NCBI GenBank assembly: GCA_050730875.1
Contig: JBOHNX010000002.1
Span: 92,805 to 156,804 of the forward strand
DNA from: Candidatus Saccharimonadales bacterium
GTDB lineage: Bacteria > Patescibacteriota > Saccharimonadia > Saccharimonadales > EFPC-124
Direction: 5' to 3'
Length of the DNA stretch: 64,000 nucleotides
Shown here one piece after another: positions 15,912 to 28,447 of the stretch; position 1 is the first letter of the stretch; each line of letters starts with the position of its first letter. The notes beneath the pieces were generated by a model, which saw nothing but the letters and a program-made list of their open reading frames with translations, was not told where the DNA came from and ran no database searches. The position numbers were made by a program, and so were the translations under genes.

Positions 15912-18392
15912 CTACCAGCTGTACAACGCGCCCTCTTCGACGTACATCCAACTTACCTCGAGACTTTTAGCTGCCGCTGCAAGTGTGGTTATGCTGTTAA
16001 CCACTCTCACTCTGTCGCCGCTCGGAGAGTCGGCTATGCGACATACTTCATCACCGTTGATCTTAAATACCGTTTCAGTAAAGGTATAGAAAACTTCAAA
16101 CCTGAATTCCTTTGCTGTAACGGTAACACCTGAATCAACAATTGTTGGGGCGGCGAAAGGCCTCACGACACACTTGAACGTGGTATCACCGGCGCCGGTA
16201 TCATAGCGAAACGCAGCATAGCCACCGCTCGCTGGTTCAGACGACCCGCCCATTGTGGCAATATCTAGGGTGGTAAATCCTAACCAAACACGCCGATCTG
16301 TAGTGCTACCAAAGTATGCATAGGTTTGGTACAGCAGGTAGTCCGAATCGAACGCTCTGTCCCAAGCTACGTTGCTTGATGCACCGGCGACATTACCACT
16401 TGTTGCTGTTGTAGAGTGCTGAATTGCAATACGAGGGATCGTATCTGCTGCGACCGTCCCTGTATTCGTTATGGTTGCCCCGTAGCCTTCCCATGTGGTG
16501 TCGGTTCCGTTTGCCATCTTCATCATGGTTCGGCGAGCATTTGGTCGAGGTGTGCCTGTGCATTCGGTCCATGTACCATCCTCATAGCATCGGTTTCTAC
16601 CGTTCTCACTGTTATAGTACATACCGCCCTTAACAGCCGTAGGATCGCCTATAGTATTTTTGGTATCAAGCACCAATAGAGCCCCCGTAGCATCGGCAGT
16701 TGGGTCGCCAACGTATGCTCGGCTATTTGTTGTATCAATAACAAACAGGGGCACGGATGTGGCGTTGAGCACCCTAAACGACGTAGCTGAATTTGCGGAG
16801 TTTTGGAACGTCGCCGCGCCACCCGAGGCAAGTGTCGCAACAGTAGCCCCGCCTGTGACAAAGTTAATCGCATTGGCATCTGTCGTGCCGATATCCAAAC
16901 TCGCACCGAGGGTATTGCCGCCATCACATACGTAGTTGCTTGTTGCCGAACATGAAGCTTGTGCACCTGTGTTGGTAATAGTCACGGTATTCGTGCCCGA
17001 AAGGCTAATGCCGGCACCCGCAGCGAGCAATGAGCTGAGGTTTTTATATTCCAGAGCAGTGCCGCCACTGTTCACGCCGAGCAGCTGGTTTGCGGTCCCC
17101 AGACTGCTTAGGTTGGTACCGCCGTTTGCAACCGGGAGCACGCCCGTGACCTCGCTGGTAAGCTCTACTGAGCTACCAAGAATCGCCTGAAGCGTCCCAG
17201 CACTTATTGTCAGACCAGTCCCGGTTAAGTCTGTAAACGCATCGCCATTAATGGTAATTGTTTGCCCTGTTGTTATGGTGGCGCCGGCGCCAAATGTCTG
17301 AAGCGCATTCCAAGTATTTGCGTTACTGAGATTAACGGATAAACCTGTCGCGCCTTTGCTCAGCGTTGTACCGTTGAGCTCGAGGCTAAATGTCGTGCCG
17401 ACTAGCTCAATACCATTGCCGTCGGCGGTGTAGGTCGTATTGGTGTCTGCATCCGGTGCGCAAGCCCATTCGCCACTGGTGACCTGCGCTTTCAGAATTT
17501 CACCGCTTGCACAAATGGCGAGGCCAAACTGCGTGCTCGATAGACGCAGCCCACCATTTGTAATCGTTGAGTATGTGGTGTCTGCATCGGGAATAACAAC
17601 GCTGTTGCCGTTCGATATGCTCAAAGTACGAGTTCCGCCGACCCAAGCCAGTGTTTGGGCGTCGGTATCGGTATCGACATCGGACGAACAGACAAATGCG
17701 CTTCCGTTCCATTGCAGTTTGGCTGTACCAGCGCATGTTGGGCTATTAACCGAAAATTCTGTGCCAACAAGCTGCAAGCCGTTGCCTGCAGTGTAGCTCG
17801 TCCCGCCCGCGTCGGCCGCACATGCCCACGAGCCCCCGCTTCGCTTCAAGATTTCTCCATCTGCGCACGATTGCAGACCAACTTTATACGGATCAAGCGA
17901 CGTGCCAGTACCCACGCGCAGCATCCCGCCACCACTTGCAACATCGGTTACCTCATTGCCAACCGTGCCGTCTCCATCAGACGGTAACGCAATGCTATTG
18001 CCGCGCGTAATCGTAAGGATATTGCCAGAAACGCTGAGCGTCTGATTATCCGCCGTGCGCCCGGTGATGTTATAGGTGGGATAAATATTAGTAATGTTTT
18101 GTGTTACCGGACCTTGTTGGTCGGTTGGCGTTGAACTGACAACTTCCTCTATGAGAGCTTTAAGGTCAACCGCCGAGCCTTCGGTACCTGGGATACGCAG
18201 TGTCGTCCCATCAAGTTCAAGGCCAAGGTTTTTTACTGAATGGCCGTTATCGGAGGTGGGGCGAATAAGCAAAAATGCGACGATTAAAATGGCTATAGCT
18301 AATGCAAGCAGAACTGACCCTGCTATAAAAACAAGCCGATGCCGCGGTGCTGTTTGAGCAGCACCTCCAGTCCCTTGGTCCCAATACTCCAT
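15912..18392 (-). CDS. large membrane-anchored surface protein (826 aa), fibre/adhesin-like
   Basis: N-terminal TM (LVFIAGSVLLALAIAILIVAFLLI). Repeated C..GEILK...W.CA.D and G/T/S-rich beta repeats. The C-terminal region shares FRVLN...VDTTN and GGMYYNS..G..RCYE.G.W..C modules with the 2312-aa protein. Confidence 0.75.
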   Translation of the reverse strand: MEYWDQGTGGAAQTAPRHRLVFIAGSVLLALAIAILIVAFLLIRPTSDNGHSVKNLGLELDGTTLRIPGTEGSAVDLKALIEEVVSSTPTDQQGPVTQNITNIYPTYNITGRTADNQTLSVSGNILTITRGNSIALPSDGDGTVGNEVTDVASGGGMLRVGTGTSLDPYKVGLQSCADGEILKRSGGSWACAADAGGTSYTAGNGLQLVGTEFSVNSPTCAGTAKLQWNGSAFVCSSDVDTDTDAQTLAWVGGTRTLSISNGNSVVIPDADTTYSTITNGGLRLSSTQFGLAICASGEILKAQVTSGEWACAPDADTNTTYTADGNGIELVGTTFSLELNGTTLSKGATGLSVNLSNANTWNALQTFGAGATITTGQTITINGDAFTDLTGTGLTISAGTLQAILGSSVELTSEVTGVLPVANGGTNLSSLGTANQLLGVNSGGTALEYKNLSSLLAAGAGISLSGTNTVTITNTGAQASCSATSNYVCDGGNTLGASLDIGTTDANAINFVTGGATVATLASGGAATFQNSANSATSFRVLNATSVPLFVIDTTNSRAYVGDPTADATGALLVLDTKNTIGDPTAVKGGMYYNSENGRNRCYEDGTWTECTGTPRPNARRTMMKMANGTDTTWEGYGATITNTGTVAADTIPRIAIQHSTTATSGNVAGASSNVAWDRAFDSDYLLYQTYAYFGSTTDRRVWLGFTTLDIATMGGSSEPASGGYAAFRYDTGAGDTTFKCVVRPFAAPTIVDSGVTVTAKEFRFEVFYTFTETVFKINGDEVCRIADSPSGDRVRVVNSITTLAAAAKSLEVSWMYVEEGALYSW

Positions 18393-18450
18393 TTTTTCTC
18401 TGTTTTTTAGAATTTTTGTTTTTTACAGAGATCTACTTAACGTTCTTTAC

Positions 18451-18484
18451 TATAACATAAAACGCTCATGGTTCTGGGCGTTTT
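18451..18484 (-). terminator. rho-independent terminator downstream of 18510..18950
   Basis: Minus strand: AACGCCCA-gaacca-UGAGCGUU followed by UUAUGUUAUA. Confidence 0.55.
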
Positions 18485-18509
18485 ATGTTGTGATTTCAAC
18501 TCTTACAAT

Positions 18510-18950
18510 CTAGGGGGATCGTTCTTGCTGCTTTTGATCGTTTTGTTGTTGCGTGTTTTGATCTTTCTCATCGGTTATCGCGATAGGGCCAACATTAATC
18601 AGCTTATTATCCTTTTCGCGATACAAGATAGCTGTTTTTGCATTGGTGTATATCAAAATGTAGTCGCCATCTTCGGCATTTTTAAAAAATGCCTGATCCT
18701 TTAATTTTTCTTTATCTTTCACCTGGGCAACAGTGGGTTGCTCGTCTTTTGGCACAGCATAAACCTTCGATACTTTATCGACAAGGCGCTGTGTGGTTTC
18801 CTCGGCTACCGAATTTGGGTTGTTTCTTAAATTGACATACTGCCAAATAAAATACCCGGCTAGCACTGCAAGCAGTGCAATAATGACGCCCCCTACAATG
18901 AGGAGTATCTTTGTATTTGAACGCTTAAAGTTGCTTCCTACCTCTAACAT
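18510..18950 (-). CDS. hypothetical membrane-anchored protein
   Basis: 146 aa with one N-terminal TM (ILLIVGGVIIALLAVLAGYFIW) and a Q-rich tail. Confidence 0.5.
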   Translation of the reverse strand: MLEVGSNFKRSNTKILLIVGGVIIALLAVLAGYFIWQYVNLRNNPNSVAEETTQRLVDKVSKVYAVPKDEQPTVAQVKDKEKLKDQAFFKNAEDGDYILIYTNAKTAILYREKDNKLINVGPIAITDEKDQNTQQQNDQKQQERSP

Positions 18951-18991
18951 ACCTTACATCTTACGCGAAAGTGCTTAAGCCGGTCAACGTT

Positions 18992-21900
18992 TTAACGTAT
19001 TTGGAGTTCGACAAGGCCAAATTCTGGATCGGCGATGGCATCGCCGGTGATGCCGACAACTCGGAGGAAGACATCACTTTTTGCGCCACCGGTTACAGTA
19101 ACCCAGCTCGAAACCTTGAGGCCGGTAGTATCAATAACCGTTGAAGGACCCGTGCCGCCATCCAGATAATTCCACGTGCTTTGGTCAGTCGAATACTGCA
19201 CACGCAATTCCGAACCCGTGGCCCCAGCCGTTTTGACATTGGCCACGAGGCGAACTTGCGCAGCATCCGAAAGGTCAAACTTGGTGCGTGATGAAGTTTG
19301 GCCAAGGAATTCTGTCAATGCTGCTGGCATATTTGTCCAAATGGCGCCATTCGTACTGTTGAAGTTAGCCGATTCGTTCATGCCTAGGCAATTCTTCCAG
19401 GCACCCCCTTCGTAACAGCGGAATTTGCCAGTATTGGAATTATAGTACATGCCGCCGTTTACGCCGGTTGGGTCGCCCGAAGTGTTTTTGTGGTCGAGAA
19501 TGACCAATGCAGGCGTGCCGTCTGCGCCGACGTCGCCGCCGCCAATCAGAACCCGCATATCGACAGTGTTGACCGTAAATACCGAGGCAGCTGACGAATT
19601 GAGAATACGGAAAGCAGTCGTTGAATTTGTATTGGTCTGGAAAAAGACAACACCGCTTTGGGCAATGTTCATCACTTCGGTACCACCCTTGCGCACACTG
19701 AGGATATCCATGGTCGACGCGGCGTTTTGGTTGATAATCGCCGCAGTACTGGTGGTATTAAGTGCATTCACGTCGAGTGTTGCGCCTGGAGTTATGCTGC
19801 CAATGCCGACGCGTTTGTTTACGGCATCGACACCAAACAGTGCTTGACCAGACGCATCATGGACTTGCAGCACGTTGGTCGAGTCGTTATCGTTTTGGAC
19901 CGCAACCGGTCCCGTGAAGGCAAGTGCGCCAGAATTGAGTTTGCCATCGAAGAACGCGCCAATGTTGCTGGCCTGCACAATTTGCAGCGCATCTATCCAT
20001 ACAGTTCTTGCTGTACCGGTATCGCCGTCTTCAAAATAAAAGTATGGCGTGCCGCTAATAATGCCGGCGGTCGTAAAGGTACATTCGTAGCGAGTCCAAC
20101 CCCCGGTTGCAACGGTTTGGCTGCTCTTGCAATCGGTCTCGCCACCGACCGTGCCGTCTGATGAATAACCAAAACGCATGGTGGTGAGTGTCCCGCTGGA
20201 GAGTTTCGCGTAGAACGATGCTGCATATTGCGTGCTGGCTGTGAGCGTTACGTTATACTGCGCACCGGAGTTGGCACTGCTTGAGCTTGTCAGGGTTTCG
20301 AGCGACGCCTGGCCAACATAGCTTTGGGTTGTTACACGGCCAACCGTGGCGCCACCTTTACCTGCCCAGTTCGTGGAACTGATCTCGATACTACCGTTTG
20401 TTACGAGATCGCTTACGTTATGGATAGTGCTAAGGCTTAGTAGTTGCTGACCGGCAGCGTTCACAACCTGAAGAGCATTCGTAGAGTCAGTCGTGGTCCG
20501 AATGGTCGCCAAACCATTGACCGACAGATTACTATTTACCACTGCCCCATTGCGGAACATGCCTTCGCCACTGACGTGCAGATTACCAGATATGAAAGTG
20601 TTGCCTGCCGTCAAAGTACCGGCAGAACTACCATCTGCCATGCCTTCGCCACTGTAGCCTAGTAGGTCAAGCGACGCGCCAACCTTCACCCGCGTGCCGC
20701 TCGCATACCACACATTGCTTTGCGCACCTGCGTTATAACCGCCTATGGCGTATATGTACCCGTTAATAACAGTCGCGCCCATACCACTCCGTGCAGCCGT
20801 GAGGGCTGTGCTATCGGTCGTCCAACTGCCTACTGAACCATCGTTGTTTAGCGGAGCATAGTGCACCGTGCCAAGCGTCGTGCCAGTGCCGTCTATACCG
20901 CCGAGCACGTACATGTAGCCATTAGCAACTGCCGTCGCAAGACTGTAGCGGGCAGCCGCAATGGCACCGGTGGTTGCCGCAGCGATAGTTCCATCTGCGT
21001 TAATCTTTCCGTAATAGAGCGTACTTTGTGCCGCGGTGCCAGTATTTGTACGGCCACCGGCCACATACAGGTAGCCGTTTGCTATTTGGATACTGCCATT
21101 GTTAACTACTGTCGGCAACCAGCTTGATAATGTTGAAAAGCTACCTATTGTGCCGTCTGAGTTAATGCGCGCGTAGTAGATATTTTGGTTGTTTACACTG
21201 CCGAGCGTTTGACCGCCTATTACGTACAGATAACCGTTGTAGGCGGTCATGGTGTGGTGACGAAGGTCAGTCGGGAGCGTTACGTCGAGGGTGCGCCAGG
21301 AGCTTATGGTACCATCGCGATTTGTACGGCCCATGTAAATATCGTCAGCAGTGCTGGCAGACGACGTACCGCCAGCAACGTATATGTAGCTATCGTAGCG
21401 GGCAAAGCCAGCGTTGCAATTGGTATTTGTTAGCGCAGTTGTGGTACCCCACACTCCAATCGAGCCATCACCGTTAACAGGCGCATACTGGGCAGTGTTC
21501 GTTCGGGCGCCCGCTCCATCGCATCCTCCTAACGCATAGAGGTATCCTTGATGGGCGATAACGCCATGGCTTTCACGAGCACCCGACAGTGAGTTCGCGT
21601 TAGTTGCAAAGGCGGCAATGTGTCCAGTGTTATTGCCAAATAATGACAAGATTGAATCGCTGCTGTTAAGCCCAACGAGCTCTCCGCTTGCTGCGTTTAA
21701 TATACGGAAAGCAGTTGATGAATCAGTGCTGTTTTGGAAGAGTGCCTGACCGGTTGTATTAACTTGCGCAAGAAGAGTTGAACCATTGCCAATCTTCAAT
21801 GGTTGGTCGGGGAAAAGGTTGCCTATTGCAACAAAATTATCTTTTATTTTCAGCCCGTTGGTACCTGCGGTCTCAATACGGAAGTAATCGTTGGTGCTAT

Positions 21901-24900
21901 CCCACTGCAAGTAGCCATTTTGACCAGCCGTGGTAGAATCGCCCAGGATTAAACGCGGGTTGTTGCCATTGTTATAGATTGCGGCATCGCCATCGATTAC
22001 CTCGAATTTCGAAAACGCCGCCGTTCCGCCCACACCAACCCGTTGGTTGGTAGTATCGACGTTAAGGACACTGCTGCCAGTAGCGTTGAGCACGCGCAGC
22101 GCATTGACTGAGTCGGCGGAATTTTGGAAGGCAATCTGGCCCGTGTTGCCAACCCCAAAGAGGATGTTACCAAGGCCAGCACCGTTGCTGGCGCGAACGT
22201 TCAGCAAGTTAGCGCCAATGGTGCTGTTTGCATCCTGAATATCAATGGCCCCCCGTGTTGCATCAAGTTTAATTTCCGGTGTTGTGCCGCCTACCGAGTT
22301 TGTGTATGAGGTTTGCAGCGTGCCGCCAGCGCCGGCACAGTTACCAGTAGAAAGACACACGGTGCCGCTCTCATCAGGGAAGGTAACGGTGCGGTTAGCG
22401 GTTGCCGTAGCAGAAATAAGGGTAATTGCATTGGCGTTCGTGGCGTTAGCAAATACCAGCTTGCCCGACAGAGCACTCGACTCACCCAGCACTAATTGGC
22501 CGTTCGTGGTATCAACCGTCGCAACGCGCGAACCGATACCATTTAGCACACGCAGCGCCGTTGTGCTGTTGGCTGCCTGGAAGGTCGCCGAGCCACTTCC
22601 ATCCAGCACCAACGAGTTAAGTAGCCCGGTTGTTAAGTAAATACCGCTCCAACCAGAAAGCTGCAGTTGGTCCGTATCGGTCGTATTGGCTTCACCAACA
22701 TACACCAACCCGCCGCTCCCAAATTGCAAGCGGCCACCCGCTCCGTTAATGCCGGTTCCGTTAATAATCGTCTGGTTATTGGTTGTGTCGACTGTCAAAA
22801 GAGCATTGCTGGCGGCATTCAGCACCCGCAGCGCCGCTGTAGAATTAGCTGAATTTTGCAGTGTTACCTGGCCCGTGTTGCCGACCCCCAACAAGATATT
22901 GCCCAAGCCCGCTCCATTGCTGGCGCGGATGTTTAGCAGGTTAGCAGCAATCGTCGTGTCAGCATCCTGGATGTCCAATCCAGCCCGGGTGGAGTCAAGT
23001 TTAATTTCTGGCGTTGTACCACCGGCCGCATTATTGTACGCAGTTTGCAACGTCGCCCCAACGCCGGCACAATTGCCACTTGAGGTACAAAGGTCGTAGG
23101 TACCCGCTGTGAGCGCCGGCAGGCGAAGTGTGGTGTTCGCAGTCGGCGCAGTAAACGAAAGCGTCGTCGTATTGGCGCCAGAGGTTGCCGAAAGCGTTGT
23201 ACTAGCACCACCTTGGAGCGTCAGCGTTTGGGTAGTTGCACCAACTGTCAGCGTTCCGCCAGGCGTAATGTTGAGCGCACCACCCGCTGTAATATCGCCA
23301 CCGTTCACTGCTAAGTCGCCCGTTAGCGTCGTATTGCCCGTCACGGCCAGCGTTCCGCCCACGCTGGTATTGCCGCTCGCGCCCACCACGTCGAAGTTTG
23401 TAAAGTCAATATTGCCAGTTGTACCTACAATATTATTGGCGCCAACACTCAAGGCATCGCCAATCTCGGCATCACTGGCGTCAATGCCGGTTGTTATGCC
23501 TCCGGTTGCTGCCTGGATCTTGATGCCGACGGGCACGGCGCGGTTCAGATCTAAATTATCAACCAGCAGTAATTGCGCGGGGTCAGCCAAACCTGTGCCA
23601 TTTGCACGTACAAACGACGTAAAACCAGTGCTGTTATCGGCCGTGGTAATCGTAAAGTTAGGGTCGGTCGTCCAGTCCGCCAAGGTGAGCGTCAGATCGC
23701 GGGCATCGGTAGTAAGGATAGTATTGCCGGCATCGTAGGCCGCCTGCAAAGTGTTTGGTGAGCCAGCCCCAGAGCAGTTACCACTGGTGAGACAAATGGT
23801 ACCGTTCTGGTCTGGCAAAATGTACGTGCGGTTAGCCGTCAGCGCTCCTTGAATAATGGTACCGAGGAACGAAGAGCCGCTGTGGGCAAAGTGAAGCGAA
23901 CCAGTTTGGCTGGCCGCGACACCAATGGTGGCGTCACCTCCTTGGATGATTAAATCGACACTCGTGGTTACACTGGTGCCGTCGTCAGTAATGGTTGAGT
24001 CTGCAATCGTTTGCCCTGCCGTAAATTTGGCTAATCTGTTTGTCGTGCCACCGGGCGTCGTAACACCTCCACCCACACCAGTACAGTTGCCGGCAGTCGT
24101 ACAAATGTCGTAAGTGCCAACACCGGTCGTCAGCAACCGGTATGTCACATTGGCGGTTGGCGCTTGAAACGCCAAAGTAGTGGTATTGGCGCCGCTGGTT
24201 GCGGTCAGTGTTGTTGAACTGTTACCCTGCAGCAATAAGTTCTGGCCGGTAGATCCGACTGTCATGGCGGCGCTTGGCGTAATTGTGTTTGCGTTTAACG
24301 TACCGGTAACGGCTGCTCCCCCGTTTAGGTTGGCTGCACCAGCAACAGCTACCGAACCCGTAAAGTTGGCGGTGCTCGAGATCGTTTGCCCATTAATACT
24401 GCCGCTTACGGTCATATTACCCGCGGGCGTAACGTTCAACCGGCTTACGCCACTTTGCTGTAGGTCGAGCAAGTTACCCGTCGCAGCGCCATTTGTATTA
24501 TTGACGAGCAACATCGGGCTGCTTGCCTGCGAAGATGTAAGTGTTAGCCGACCAAATGTCGGCGCAGCGGTGGTATTAATATCTTGAACCGTATTTACAG
24601 CGCCAGAACTCGCCGTAAAGTTAGTCGCGTTAAAACTAGCGATGCCTTTAGCAACGGTTGACGCATCGTTGATAGTAATCGTGCTCCCTGCACCGCTGGC
24701 GTTCGCAATCGTCAGCGCCCCTGTCAAGCCGTTGACCGAAGTGACACCTGCACTGCTTGGACACGCCGCAAAAGCAGGCGCACCAGCCGTAGACAGCAAA
24801 CAAAGGCCAGCACCCCCGGCGGTTACGGCAGTCAGTGCGCCCGAGCCTTGGCCAACAACCACGCCATTATTTGCGAGCGATGTCGCCCCTGTGCCGCCAC

Positions 24901-25930
24901 TGTTTACGCCGAGCGCCGATGAAAGCGATAGACTGCCCGTTACACTCAAGTCGCCGTTTACCGTAACAACCGTGCCACTTTCGCTAAGAAGCGAATCGGC
25001 GATTGTTTGCACGCCGGTGAATTTAGCAATCCGGCCAGCAGTGCCACCAGGGCTCTGCACCGTGCCGCTGCCACCACCGACATCGCTGATGGTGAGGTTC
25101 CCGCTTCCGTCGTTACTAACAATTAAGCTCGCCGAACCAGAAGCAAGGCTGTTTACACCACTGTTGCGTAAAGTGCCGTTCGAAATAGCCAGGCCACTAC
25201 CCAACGTAATGTCACCCGTTTGCCCGCCAATCGAAAGAACTCCTGTGTTGGTAAGGGTCGTGCCGTCGATTGCAATGCCACCGCCACTCGTCAGATTGAC
25301 GTTCCCTGTTTGGCCTTGCAGCGCTAGCACACCGGAATTACTTAATTGTCCGTTACTGAGCGCCAAGCCACTCCCCACGCCCTGTAAAGTGCCACTGGAA
25401 TCGGCCACTGTTACAAATTCTGTCCCGTTAAAATAAGAAAGCTGGTTAGTGGTTTGGTTGTAATAAATCTGGCCGGGTGTCCCAGTACTCGGCTGGGCCG
25501 ATGGCGAGAGGATGAATGCATCATTCAGCTTAAGCGGGCCGTTAATCGTGAGGTTGCGCGTCCCCAGCAAACTCAGGTCGCCTGATTTCGCAAATTCTTC
25601 CAGTGGGATTTGCACGCTTTCAAAACGATTAGCAACAGTTGTCGGCACTTCACGCCTATTGGTAATTGTGCCGATTGTGAGCCAAGTGCCGCCGACAAGC
25701 AACAAGGCCAGTACACCGATCCCGGCGCGCTTTACAAGGCCCGGGAAATTACGTGGTTTTGAAACAGGCGGTGGTGGAGGCGCCGCGGGCGTAGGCGTAG
25801 GCGAAAACGAATCCGAAAACGGCGTCGGGCTGAAGGTCGCTGCGGGTTGCCCAACACTAGCAGAAGCCGTAGCTTGGTCACTACGGTTGTTCACATATGG
25901 AACACCTATGTCCTGAATTTTATTTTCCAC
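18992..25930 (-). CDS. giant surface protein (2312 aa): N-terminal Pro-rich tail and TM, fibre repeats, Kelch-like beta-propeller, CBM-like domain
   Basis: Uninterrupted 6.9-kb ORF. TM GIGVLALLLVGGTWLTI. Four G(T)Y(D)xC..(S/T)GNC.G.G motifs. At least 7 F(R/Q)(V/I)LN...VDT.N modules. Six Kelch-like blades (YLYALGG, YIYVAGG, YLYVIGG, YLYVAGG, YMYVLGG, YIYAIGG). A CBM4/9-like segment (QYAASFYAKL...WTRYECTF...VWIDALQI). Confidence 0.85.
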   Translation of the reverse strand: MENKIQDIGVPYVNNRSDQATASASVGQPAATFSPTPFSDSFSPTPTPAAPPPPPVSKPRNFPGLVKRAGIGVLALLLVGGTWLTIGTITNRREVPTTVANRFESVQIPLEEFAKSGDLSLLGTRNLTINGPLKLNDAFILSPSAQPSTGTPGQIYYNQTTNQLSYFNGTEFVTVADSSGTLQGVGSGLALSNGQLSNSGVLALQGQTGNVNLTSGGGIAIDGTTLTNTGVLSIGGQTGDITLGSGLAISNGTLRNSGVNSLASGSASLIVSNDGSGNLTISDVGGGSGTVQSPGGTAGRIAKFTGVQTIADSLLSESGTVVTVNGDLSVTGSLSLSSALGVNSGGTGATSLANNGVVVGQGSGALTAVTAGGAGLCLLSTAGAPAFAACPSSAGVTSVNGLTGALTIANASGAGSTITINDASTVAKGIASFNATNFTASSGAVNTVQDINTTAAPTFGRLTLTSSQASSPMLLVNNTNGAATGNLLDLQQSGVSRLNVTPAGNMTVSGSINGQTISSTANFTGSVAVAGAANLNGGAAVTGTLNANTITPSAAMTVGSTGQNLLLQGNSSTTLTATSGANTTTLAFQAPTANVTYRLLTTGVGTYDICTTAGNCTGVGGGVTTPGGTTNRLAKFTAGQTIADSTITDDGTSVTTSVDLIIQGGDATIGVAASQTGSLHFAHSGSSFLGTIIQGALTANRTYILPDQNGTICLTSGNCSGAGSPNTLQAAYDAGNTILTTDARDLTLTLADWTTDPNFTITTADNSTGFTSFVRANGTGLADPAQLLLVDNLDLNRAVPVGIKIQAATGGITTGIDASDAEIGDALSVGANNIVGTTGNIDFTNFDVVGASGNTSVGGTLAVTGNTTLTGDLAVNGGDITAGGALNITPGGTLTVGATTQTLTLQGGASTTLSATSGANTTTLSFTAPTANTTLRLPALTAGTYDLCTSSGNCAGVGATLQTAYNNAAGGTTPEIKLDSTRAGLDIQDADTTIAANLLNIRASNGAGLGNILLGVGNTGQVTLQNSANSTAALRVLNAASNALLTVDTTNNQTIINGTGINGAGGRLQFGSGGLVYVGEANTTDTDQLQLSGWSGIYLTTGLLNSLVLDGSGSATFQAANSTTALRVLNGIGSRVATVDTTNGQLVLGESSALSGKLVFANATNANAITLISATATANRTVTFPDESGTVCLSTGNCAGAGGTLQTSYTNSVGGTTPEIKLDATRGAIDIQDANSTIGANLLNVRASNGAGLGNILFGVGNTGQIAFQNSADSVNALRVLNATGSSVLNVDTTNQRVGVGGTAAFSKFEVIDGDAAIYNNGNNPRLILGDSTTAGQNGYLQWDSTNDYFRIETAGTNGLKIKDNFVAIGNLFPDQPLKIGNGSTLLAQVNTTGQALFQNSTDSSTAFRILNAASGELVGLNSSDSILSLFGNNTGHIAAFATNANSLSGARESHGVIAHQGYLYALGGCDGAGARTNTAQYAPVNGDGSIGVWGTTTALTNTNCNAGFARYDSYIYVAGGTSSASTADDIYMGRTNRDGTISSWRTLDVTLPTDLRHHTMTAYNGYLYVIGGQTLGSVNNQNIYYARINSDGTIGSFSTLSSWLPTVVNNGSIQIANGYLYVAGGRTNTGTAAQSTLYYGKINADGTIAAATTGAIAAARYSLATAVANGYMYVLGGIDGTGTTLGTVHYAPLNNDGSVGSWTTDSTALTAARSGMGATVINGYIYAIGGYNAGAQSNVWYASGTRVKVGASLDLLGYSGEGMADGSSAGTLTAGNTFISGNLHVSGEGMFRNGAVVNSNLSVNGLATIRTTTDSTNALQVVNAAGQQLLSLSTIHNVSDLVTNGSIEISSTNWAGKGGATVGRVTTQSYVGQASLETLTSSSSANSGAQYNVTLTASTQYAASFYAKLSSGTLTTMRFGYSSDGTVGGETDCKSSQTVATGGWTRYECTFTTAGIISGTPYFYFEDGDTGTARTVWIDALQIVQASNIGAFFDGKLNSGALAFTGPVAVQNDNDSTNVLQVHDASGQALFGVDAVNKRVGIGSITPGATLDVNALNTTSTAAIINQNAASTMDILSVRKGGTEVMNIAQSGVVFFQTNTNSTTAFRILNSSAASVFTVNTVDMRVLIGGGDVGADGTPALVILDHKNTSGDPTGVNGGMYYNSNTGKFRCYEGGAWKNCLGMNESANFNSTNGAIWTNMPAALTEFLGQTSSRTKFDLSDAAQVRLVANVKTAGATGSELRVQYSTDQSTWNYLDGGTGPSTVIDTTGLKVSSWVTVTGGAKSDVFLRVVGITGDAIADPEFGLVELQIR
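22000..23100 (-). repeat. internal tandem duplication within the giant gene (unit about 735 nt)
   Basis: About 22030-22365 and about 22770-23100 are clearly similar at DNA level and encode GGTTPEIKLD(A/S)TR...IQDA...NLLN(V/I)RASNGAGLGNIL(F/L)GVGNTGQ...ALRVLNA...VDTTN twice. Confidence 0.7.
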
Positions 25931-26025
25931 CTGTTTTTGTTTTCTCTTTTCCTTTTTGTGAAAAGAAAATCTCTCCAGTTACATCGTACACCGCTTATGG
26001 CTAGTTTTACAAGTAGTTTTTACAA

Positions 26026-28443
<2,418 letters not shown>

Positions 28444-28447
<4 letters not shown>

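Noticed and set aside
18992-25930. Many long plus-strand ORFs inside the giant gene (for example 24642-25436 at 264 aa, 23109-23738 at 209 aa, 19658-20161 at 167 aa).
   Set aside because: They are antisense shadows of a G/T/S/A-rich repetitive coding sequence. They have low-complexity P/A/V-rich translations, no SD or start context, and are fully nested in an uninterrupted 2312-codon frame.
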